19,340 bases of DNA from Paraspadella gotoi. Lineage: Eukaryota > Animalia > Chaetognatha. The notes beneath the pieces are model-generated. The model saw nothing but the letters and a program-made list of their open reading frames with translations. It did no database searches and had not been told where the DNA came from. The stretch covers positions 1 to 19,340 of the forward strand of contig JBJCIZ010000251.1 in the NCBI GenBank assembly GCA_051294375.1, in the 5' to 3' direction. Below are positions 10,725 through 19,340 of this stretch, in pieces. The position numbers were made by a program, and so were the translations under genes. Positions within the stretch are counted from its first letter, which is position 1. The number at the start of each line of letters is the position of its first letter.

Positions 10725-12035
10725 CCGCTCGAATCTATTGGGAAAGGAAAAAAAACCGAAATTAAAAACGGGGAAAGAGATTAAAATAAAATATTGTCAA
10801 AATCATATTAATAAATGGGGCGAGCGCTCGTCTGTCAAAAAAACGCGATTGCTCAAGCCGTCATAATCTTTGGCTGAAGGTGTGAGAGACGGAGAGTTAT
10901 TTCTGCGACGATCTTTCTCACAGCCATCAGCGTCGTAAATAAAAGACCGCGATATCTTTTGTTCTCCAGTGTCGCGAATCTTCCGCGCCGTTCGTAGATT
11001 TTCGCCGTAGAGAGAAAGGGAGAAGAAATATTAGTTTTTTTTCACACAGCGTCGCGTATTTGGCGAAATAAATTCGCAGTCATAAAAAAGGCCGGGAATC
11101 AAAGTAAAAAAATTTCCAATCGAATTTCAAATTCTCACCTTTTCAAAACCTATCACCTCGGCGAAGACGCGACGCTCGTATCAGCTCCAGTTTTCAATGT
11201 TTGATGCTTGTACTGAATTAACCTAAATTGCTCGCCAGGAATTTCGAAATGTAGTGAGCTTAAAACGTATTATTAATATTCAAAATAGAAAGTGCAACGA
11301 AAACGAATTAAAATCAATTAAAAACAACTTAAAAAACAAGTAAGAAACAGATTAAAAACAAAGGTAAAAACCAGATAAAAAAGCAAGGTAATCAAATCAC
11401 GTGCGTCGCTAAGTTAAAATAGATAAACCTCAACTGGGTTTGGAAAAGCGGTTGGCCGTCTGAAATACAAGATCAAATGTTGTCTACAATAAATTACTAC
11501 GACCACACGCGTTTCGCTCATGGCTGGCGACGCGGAAACGCGGTTAAAAAAGCGTTAGATTCTCTTCTTCCCAACTCTCGACCGGCGATTGGTCGAGGCC
11601 CGCCAATTCAGAGGACCGCAGGAAGAAGCTGTGCATTTTGCCGATCCCAAAACGGCGAAGGGGAACCGCGAACGGCGCCAACACAGATACATAAGAGCAA
11701 CGTGATTTCTTAAAATCACAAATTAATCGTAAATGTTGAATAAATGACGAATACAATCAATCGAATTTACGTTTTTCATAGAGAATAAATGAATGGCAAA
11801 ATAAATGTATACAAAAATTTGTTTGAAAATCCTTAGATTCATAAAAACTAAAAACTATGGTTTCCATATGGCGCGATCTTTTACTGATAAACAATTAGTG
11901 ATAAAAAAAAGTACTGAGAAGAGACTAGAAAATGGGTAAAAAGACTGGTTTGAAACGACCAAGACGGAAAAATGGAAACCGGGACGCGAGCGTCCCAAAT
12001 TAACTAATAATTATTTCTCTTATTAATAGGCAGAA
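7814..12035 (-). repeat. Segment B', an inverted, indel-rich copy of ~14762-18727
   Basis: 7814 aagttgtccatagtatgtgtgcc is the reverse complement of ~18705-18727; 11981-12035 is the reverse complement of ~14761-14814; the match is collinear in between. Confidence 0.97.
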
Positions 12036-12060
12036 NNNNNNNNNNNNNNNNNNNNNNNNN
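12036..12060. other. Assembly gap (25 N)
   Basis: N run of exactly 25. Confidence 1.
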
Positions 12061-12163
12061 GGTCATTTTTCCTTGGTCGTTTCAAACCAGTCTTTTTACC
12101 ATTCTAGTCTCTTTCTCAGTACTTTTTTTATCATAATTGTTTATCAGTAAAAGATCGGCCATA
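12061..12163 (+). repeat. 103-bp orphan contig, third copy of ~14818-14920
   Basis: ttggtcgtttcaaacc..ccattctagtctctttctcagtacttttttta..gtttatcagtaaa matches 14830-14910, and matches ~11865-11975 in inverted orientation. Confidence 0.95.
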
Positions 12164-12188
12164 NNNNNNNNNNNNNNNNNNNNNNNNN
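12164..12188. other. Assembly gap (25 N)
   Basis: N run of exactly 25. Confidence 1.
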
Positions 12189-12917
12189 AGAGAAGAACGA
12201 GTATAGTTGATCTAATCAATGTAGTATTACTTGTTGGAGGAGTTCATTCAATGATCGAGGTCTAAAGCTCATATATAATACTGATGAGTGGTGAAAGTTG
12301 AGAATGAGCTTATCTCAGATGATATGACGTAGCGGAGCATAATAAGGAGTAGTCTCAGTGTATCATGAGATCATGAACTTAGAAGTATAGGTGAAGAGTA
12401 CTGTATAATAAATCAATTTCATCTCAAGGTGCATAAATTAATATCAGTATATCTAAGATATGATTATTCAGACATTTATGAATTGTCGTTCAGATGCAGC
12501 TATATATTATGTTAGTAGTATAGATGATTCAGGAGATTCACAGTACTCATGCATGCTAGTGTGCATCAGGTTAGTTCATCTATACGTGTCTAGTGTATGA
12601 TATATACGATATTCATTACTGAGTGTATCTATATCAGAGTCGTAGCCACACTATATCACGTAAATCGACGAGTACGATTCACGGAATCCAGGTTGTGTGT
12701 GAGTGTGATCACTCGTGTGCGAATATTCATAGTAGATCCACTATCAGATACTCACGCGGTCAGACATTAGAGAGCGTGCTATGTGCATCCGTGTAGTGTG
12801 AGTCGTATCCTTCACATCACAAATACCTATAAAGTGAGTCTGTTCATCTCAGGTTCTGAATCTTGTATAGAACATTACCATATAGTGTATTATAATAGTA
12901 AAGCAATATGGGTTAGA

Positions 12918-14773
12918 CAGAATTCACATCATACTTATAGTCTGTTTATGCTCTTTGAGCTTCACATCTTGCCTCTACTCTCTCTCTCTGAGTTCTTAAA
13001 ATACTTTTTAAAATTCTTAATTATGATATAGTCTATCATCAGATTTCTAACGGGAGAGCGTATATGATTATCAACTATTAAGGTACCACTTGAGGGTAGC
13101 TCTATTTGTGAGTTTTCATTGCGTGTGTGTGTCATCTGATCACACATACGATGATTCCATTATGACATTTACAGCAGACGTTGTACCATTCATCTTTTTT
13201 GTATAAAATATTTGACAATAATTATCATTCTATACACGATAATATATAAGAATTCACCTTTCGATTTACTATAATATATATAACTCAATTCTTACTAAAT
13301 CTATAATGATTATATAAAGGATGCGAACAGGAGAACACATTGGAGAAATTACTCAATTTATCCAAATTTTTATTTAAATTATGGTATGTGCAGAGTACTC
13401 ACAATAATAACAGTAATATAATTATTTGATCATTTCAAAAAGATGTAGTTAATCTATGGATATATTTCATATAAAATTTATCGTACATAGTTCATACGAG
13501 TGTTCAACTCGGTTAAGTCGAGGCTGAAGTGTAACTATTATGGTAAGTAATAAAGAAAACTGATCCTCTAGCTCTCATCTGCATTGCGACTCTTTCCCAG
13601 GAGAACTACCATTAATTAGATTAACCAATAGCAGTAAAATAAAATATTAATATATAACACACGTATAATACATTTCATAAACAAACACTTTTCTATCACT
13701 ATATGCTCACCGGTTAATGCAATCTAGTATTATTTTCTAGATCGCAGTGGAGACCGACTCGAGCAGGGATAAAAGATATAGTAAATGCGATATCAAAAAT
13801 AAAAATCAATCCAGAATTGTGACAAAATATCGATTGGAGAAAAATCTGATTTCTTTCACAATGCAAACCTTACTTTCTCAAGTTTCCTTATTTATAATTC
13901 TCCATAAGCACAAATGTTTTTTTTCCAAAAATTTAAGATCATTCAACTTTTTTTATTAAATTAAAACACTCGATTTTAGTATTACTAAACTTTAAATATT
14001 TTTATAAAAATTTATACCAAAGATCAAGAAAGATGCTTTCCCAACATAGTCTCTGTTAGCATCTTGCTTCGTATAAAACGCCCAAACAAGTCACAGCCAC
14101 AATATGAATACAAAACACTAGAAAAAAGCCAATATTGTTTGTCATTCTGATTTAGAGATATTATTGGTTGATTATTATTGCCTTCAATTTCCTTTAAATT
14201 AAAAAAAATAATTAGGTTTTAAAGTTAGTTTCTTGATCTCTAGTTGTAATTGAGTTTGAATCATAACTTTTTTAATGAAAAAGTTTAACCAGATCAGTTA
14301 CAATAACGATGCGTAAAAAATTTTGTCACCATTTTAAGCTACTTTTTAGCCTGATTTTTTTAGCATATTTTGATTATCTTTGCAATCTTACTGATAGAAA
14401 AACAGTCATGGTAAAGAGAGCCTATGTTCGTTCGAATATAATGGCATATGTTAGTAATCAGACAAGAGCAAGAAATTTTGGTCACAGATAAAAAATTTTG
14501 CATGAGGAAGTAGCGTGAATAAAATTTTCCACGAGACTGTGCACGCGACTTTACCGGACAAGGATTTTGGTGGGGTGGAACAGACGGAGTGACCAAAGTG
14601 GCGGAGTCGCGAATCTGCATTAGCAGATCCAACTAATAAATGGTTTATTAACAACTCTACCTTATTTGTGCTGATGAAGCGTCTCGCATATAGAGCCAAT
14701 TCATATCCGTTTATTAATATAAATTCGTTGTTTTGAAAACAAATAACGTTTTATGATTTTTTCTGCTCTTTAA
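12918..14773 (+). repeat. Segment A, copy 2 (very noisy to ~13980, then near-identical)
   Basis: Anchors to copy 1: cagaattc (12918/6593), ttgcctc.actctctctct (12970/6640), ttgacaataattatcatt (13211/6767), gaaaactg.tcctc (13555/6950), atgctcac (13703/7048); the alignment is clear from 13984. Confidence 0.85.
14470..14640 (-). mobile_element. DINE-1/Helentron-like head (duplicate of 7540-7697)
   Basis: Hairpin agtcgcgaatctgc-atta-gcagatccaact at 14605-14634 next to cagacggag. Confidence 0.5.
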
Positions 14774-15992
14774 TAAGAGAAATAATTATTAGTTATTTGG
14801 GACGCTCGCGTCCCGCGTTCATTTTCCTTTGGTCGTTTCAAACCACGTCTTTTTACCCATTCTAGTCTCTTTCTCAGTACTTTTTTTATCACTAATTGTT
14901 TATCAGTAAAGATCGCCATATGAATACCATAGTTTTTAGTTTTTTATGAAATCTAAGGATTTTCAAAAACAAATTTTTGTATAACATTTATTTTGCCATT
15001 CATTTTATTCTCTATGAAAAACGTATTATTCGCATTGATTTATTCGTCATTTATTCAACATTTACATTAATTTGTGAGTTCAAGAAATCCTTGCTCTATG
15101 TATCTGTGTTGGGCCGTCGCGTGTCTCCCCTTCGCGTTTTGGATCGCAAAATGCAAGCTTCTTCCCTGCGGTCCTGGATTGGCGGGCCTGACCAATCGCC
15201 GTCGAGAGTTGGGAGAAGAGAATTCTAACCTTTTTTACCCGCGGTTTCCGCCGCAAGCCATTGAGGAAACGCGTTGGTCGTAGTAATTATTGAGACACAT
15301 TTGATCTTGTATTTCGAGACGGCCAACCGTTTTCAACCCAGTTGAGGTTATCTATTTTACTTGCGACGCACGATTTATTACCTTGTTTTTATCTGTTTTT
15401 ACTTTGTTTTTAATCTGTTTTTACTTGTTTTTTAAGTTGTTTTTTAATTGATTTTAATTCGTTTTCGTGCCTTTCTTATTTTGAATAATTAATATACGTT
15501 TTAAGCTCACTACATTCGAATTCCTGGCCGAGCAATTTAGGTTAATTCAGTACAAGATCAAACATTGAAAACGGAGCTGATACGACGTCGCGTCTTCGCC
15601 GAGGTGAGAGGTTTTGAAAAGGTGAGAATTTGAAATTCGATTGAAATTTTTACTTTGATTCCCGGCCTTTTTATGACGCGAATTTATTCGCCAAAACGCG
15701 ACGCTGGTGAAAAAAAACTAATATTTCTCTCCCTTTCTCTCTCGGCGAAAATCACGACGCGCGGAGATTCGCGACACTGGAGACAAAAGATCCGGTCTTT
15801 ATTTACGACGCTGATGGTGGAGAAGATCGTCGAGAATCTCTCCGTCTCTCACACCTTCAGCCAAAGATTATGACGGCTTGAGCATCGCGTTTTTTGACGA
15901 CGACGCTCGCCCTTTATATATGATTTTGACAATATTTATTTAATCTTTTCCCCTTTTTAATTTCGGTTTTTTTCCTTTCCCATAGATTCGAG

Positions 15993-17353
15993 ATGGCTTC
16001 ACTTGGCTCGGGCCTTCGCCGGTCGCCTCGCAACAATCAGCCCGATGATGAGCTTCGGGCGGCGCATCTGGAGTTGGTCGCGGAGCTGAAGCTGGTCGCA
16101 GAAGGGAAGATTCCGGATTACAACCCTCGGATGCGGGTCAATGCCGCCCTGATGGTGTTGGAAGGGACGAGCGTGACAACATTGGGACTCTAAAAGAGCT
16201 AAGGCTAATAGAGATGAAGTTAATCAAGCACGAGCTACTCTTCTTGCTTGGGATAGCTTGGCACAGCAAAGAGGGTTTCCAAAAAGCCCAAGTTATGGTC
16301 CTCCTCCCAGATCTTTTTCTTTTGATACAGCTGGTGGAGTGCTTGATGTTCCTGCCACTCAGGTTGATGTAAGGCCCAAGGTGATTGTCACTGGTCATGA
16401 TGATGATTCAAAAGGGCCTATCTCGAGTCATGAAGTGACGAGGGGTTGCATGCCATGGAGGGCTCACGCCACAAGTGGCAGAGCTGTGGGTGAGCTCAGC
16501 CGAGGCTGGTTCTTGTGGTGGCTCCAGAGGGCTGCATACAGGAACTGGCGGGCTTCAGTGCCCCAGTGATGCTGCTCGCGAGGCATTTCCAACCACCCTA
16601 GCAGGAGATCAGGGACAAAGAGGGAAGGGAGGTCAGTCAGATCTGGTTCTGGAAAGATTCGCATGGGTCTGGTAAGAAGTAGCAGGGTCTGCTAAATCTA
16701 TGAAAGCTGAGTTAGCAGCAATTAAAGCTACAGCTATTGACAAGAAATGGTATGTATTAAAAAAGATTTTGAACAGAATCAAAGCTTAAATGCTGTTTAG
16801 AGAAACAAAAAATTTGAAAGAGATCTTAAGTTAAAAAGAATAGAGGAAAGAAGATTCAAGCTGACCTGCAGGCAAGGATTGATGCTGTTGAAGCTATTGA
16901 TAATGAACAAGAATTACCTCTTCTTGCAGATCCTCCTCAGACCTACACAGGATATGGTCCGGATTGGACGTCAAAGCACTCCTCCGTGACTGATGCTACG
17001 AATGGAGGTGATGCTGCTGCTGCAACAGCAGTAAGAAGAATTTCATTAAAGAAAACATCGATTTCAAAGATCCTTCACCAGGTGCTATTGCTCTGAATCC
17101 TTTGGCAGGGGTTTGGGTTCCTCCTATTAATCCTCTTCCTTTGGTTTCAGCCACAGCAGCGCCTGCTAATCGGTGCACCCTTCCTCCAGTCCCAACACTT
17201 CAGTGCCCAGGATTGTGCCCTGCTGCATATGGTTGGTGGCAGCACTTTACAACGTAAGCGTCCATCTCAGGCAGAAAAGAGGTCGGGAGCCACCAGCAGG
17301 TTGTGAGCCTTTCCTGAGGGAATTTGCTATTACACAGTTGAGAGTGTTCAGGC
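15993..17353 (+). pseudogene. gag: Frameshifted N-terminal part of gag
   Basis: GC/codon-like composition begins at ATG 15993 (MASLGSGLRRSPR...), with overlapping fragments in different frames (16258-16569 and others), a K/E-rich coiled-coil-like stretch at ~16700-16900, and CEPF..GN at ~17303 leading into the main ORF. Confidence 0.6.
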
Positions 17354-18961
17354 ATGACTGGGCATGACAAATTTTTTGAATTGTTGGAGATGACTAAGGG
17401 AGCGGCCAATATGGCGATACAAGAATTTAAAATGCATGCTAATGGTGATGAAGCTCTGGAGCTTGCGAAGATAAGATTGCGTGAACATTGGGGCTACAAG
17501 AAATGTACAGCTTTGGATAAATTGGAAGAGCTCCTGAAGAAGGGAGAGATCAAATCCTCTGACCATGATGGTCTGCGCGAATTTTGCTGGGATCTCCAAT
17601 GGATGGCAAAGGTAGCTCAAATCAATGATGATTATGATTCCATTGACGTCCTGCGGAGAATCATCGAAAGACGCGTTCCCTTCATCAGAGAAGCTTGGAA
17701 GAAATATCACCATAAGATGACGGTACGGTTGAATCGTACAGCTGGGTTTGCTGCTTTCATTTCCTTTATTCATGACAGAGTTTTGGAGATGGAATCTCCT
17801 TTCGCGTCAAAAGGTGCAGCAAGATCCAGCAGCCCTTCAAAGGCCAAGGCTGCTGCTACTGCTAAGGTCAACATTGTACAGGCAACTGCTGATTCCAAGG
17901 CCAAGCAGTTTTCAGAAACTGCTTCTAAGGTGGCTAAGGGATTTAAGAAGCCTGGGACCCAGCAGCAGCAGTCAGGAAAACAGTTGGAGAAAGATTCAAA
18001 GGCATCAGCAATGACACCTGCGATGACTGACTCCACTGCTGTGGCAAAGAAGATTCTGTATTGTCAAGTATGTAAGAATGAACATAATATTATTGATTGT
18101 TCTTTGTTCAAATCAAAATCTGTGTCTGAACGAGTTTCCCAGATTCGGAGCACTGGCAGCTGCTATCGATGTTTGCGGCGAGGACACATGCAACAAGATT
18201 GCCGGGTCAAAGAGAAGTGTAGCAAGTGCGATTCAGATCTACACCATACGCTCCTTCATTTTGATGCTCAACCTGCCCAGGTCTCTAGTGCGACCGCACA
18301 GGTTGCTTCATCTCCAGCTTATCGTCCGATTGTAGCGGTTCGTGTCAAGGGTCCTGACAGGGTAACTGAAGTTTACGCATTGTTAGATTCTGGCAGTAAC
18401 CGTACTTTATGTTCGAGAAGGTTGGTGGAGGAGCTGCATTTGAAGACTACATCTGTGGAGATGCAAGTGGCGACTCTGGACTCTACCAAGCGTGGAGAAA
18501 GAGATCAGGTTGATTTCATTATGGAATCAATAGATGGCTTATACAGTGAGGATGTGGATTCTGTGGTCGTTGCTGATATACCAGTAGGCCATGGAGTTCA
18601 CATTCCTAAGAATAAAGATTTAATTAAGTTTCCGCATCTTCATGGAGTGGTCCTTCATGAGTTGGACAGGAATGAGATTGATGTGATCATGGGTGCCGAT
18701 TTTTGGCACACATACTATGGACAACTTTACCCTGACAATGACAATATGGCTTCTGCTCGCGCTACTGGCGCTAGAGTAGAAATTCAAAACCCTAACGATT
18801 TGGAAGAGAGTATGAACTCCTCCAGCTCTTCTGCTGTTGAGGATGTTCAGAAATCCAGCGCGATATGTGATGAAGGTATGACTTCCCCTTGCACTCGCAC
18901 AAAGGCGGCAGCTGTATCGGCAGCCTTACCTTGTGTCAGCATGGAGGCAAGTCTGGCCTGA
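17354..18961 (+). CDS. gag-pol: BEL/Pao gag (DUF1759-like plus 3 zinc knuckles) and aspartic protease; internal fragment of the polyprotein
   Basis: 535-aa ORF: KFFELLEMTKGAA..AI..ALELAKIRLREHWG (DUF1759-like); CQVCKNEHNIIDC, CYRCLRRGHMQQDC and CSKCDSDLHHTLLH (18062-18259); VYALLDSGSNRT (DSG at 18386-18394); IDVIMGADF (~18677-18703). Confidence 0.92.
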   Translation: MTGHDKFFELLEMTKGAANMAIQEFKMHANGDEALELAKIRLREHWGYKKCTALDKLEELLKKGEIKSSDHDGLREFCWDLQWMAKVAQINDDYDSIDVLRRIIERRVPFIREAWKKYHHKMTVRLNRTAGFAAFISFIHDRVLEMESPFASKGAARSSSPSKAKAAATAKVNIVQATADSKAKQFSETASKVAKGFKKPGTQQQQSGKQLEKDSKASAMTPAMTDSTAVAKKILYCQVCKNEHNIIDCSLFKSKSVSERVSQIRSTGSCYRCLRRGHMQQDCRVKEKCSKCDSDLHHTLLHFDAQPAQVSSATAQVASSPAYRPIVAVRVKGPDRVTEVYALLDSGSNRTLCSRRLVEELHLKTTSVEMQVATLDSTKRGERDQVDFIMESIDGLYSEDVDSVVVADIPVGHGVHIPKNKDLIKFPHLHGVVLHELDRNEIDVIMGADFWHTYYGQLYPDNDNMASARATGARVEIQNPNDLEESMNSSSSSAVEDVQKSSAICDEGMTSPCTRTKAAAVSAALPCVSMEASLA

Positions 18962-19340
18962 CAGCAGTGAAGACCTTCTGGGGCTGGACTGTTACCGGTC
19001 GAGGCTCTAACTCTCCCGGCTCAGTTTTGTCGCCATTATCACCCTGGACAATGAAGAGCTGTCTCGACGGCTTGATCGTTGCTTCAGGTGGGATTTTGGT
19101 GACCTGCCTCATGAGAAGGATGGTCGATCTAGAGATGATTTGGAGGCTGAAGAAGTCTTCAGGCAATCAATTGAATTGGTTGATGGGCATTTTCGGGTTG
19201 CTCTCCCATGGAAAGGTGGCCGTAAAGCTGCTGCGATGAACCTTTCTAAGGTTGACCATCGTGCCATGGCTATTAAGAGAGCCGAGAAAGCCCATGCTAA
19301 GTTGCTTCGCGATCGTGAAGCCTTTGACACAGTGAATGGG
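18925..19340 (+). CDS. pol: Continuation of pol across two frame changes (protease C-terminus and pre-reverse-transcriptase region), open to the window end
   Basis: The frame starting at 18925 gives ..GGKSGLTAVKTFWGWTVTG. The frame starting at 19023 (hand-translated) gives SFVAIITLDNEELSRRLDRCFRWDFGDLPHEKDGRSRDDLEAEEVFRQSIELVDGHFRVALPWKGGRK..HRAMAIKRAEK..DTVNG with no stop. Confidence 0.85.

Larger units (their letters stand above)
15993..19340 (+). mobile_element. BEL/Pao LTR retrotransposon internal region (5' part; continues beyond the window; LTR and PBS not identified)
   Basis: Gag-protease order with the triple zinc knuckle ending HHTLLH, ALLDSGS, IDVIMGAD, AVKTFWGWTVTG and DGHFRVALPWK, all motifs characteristic of BEL/Pao polyproteins. 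Confidence 0.93.

Noticed and set aside
8217-11756. Short ORFs on both strands as separate genes
   Set aside because: They are frameshifted pieces or antisense shadows of the inverted gag copy.
6593-14773. Segment A direct repeats as a pair of LTRs flanking the inverted gag
   Set aside because: No TG..CA termini or TSD were seen, the interior lacks RT and integrase, A carries a Helentron-like head, and copy 2 fades into noise.
15100-15300. TGG-starting motifs as primer-binding site (tggcgccgtt in the inverted copy, tggcgggcc, tggtcgtagt)
   Set aside because: None directly follows a CA-ending LTR or extends into a tRNA 3'-end complement that I can recognise.
18925-19030. Programmed ribosomal frameshifts at the two frame changes
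   Set aside because: BEL/Pao elements normally encode a single polyprotein, no slippery heptamer is evident, and the region has demonstrable indel noise.

Overview
Eukaryotic, AT-rich, repeat-dense DNA, probably from an invertebrate animal (inference). No host gene can be supported. Bases 1-6.1 kb are microsatellites, a tRNA-3'-half/SINE-like fragment, an old ~1.7-1.9 kb local duplication and several DINE-1/Helentron-like non-autonomous element pieces. The right end (~15993-19340) is the 5' part of a BEL/Pao LTR-retrotransposon polyprotein: DUF1759-like gag, three zinc knuckles ending HHTLLH, DSG aspartic protease and the pre-RT LPWK region, running off the window. The middle is a nested duplication: A(6.6-7.8 kb) + inverted B'(7.8-12.0 kb) + N25 + 103-bp B piece + N25 + very noisy A (12.9-14.8 kb) + B (14.8-18.7 kb). 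The copies differ mostly by small indels with an insertion bias. This pattern and the 25-N gaps point to a long-read gap-filling artefact rather than a new biological system. All alignments were made by eye, so boundaries are approximate.
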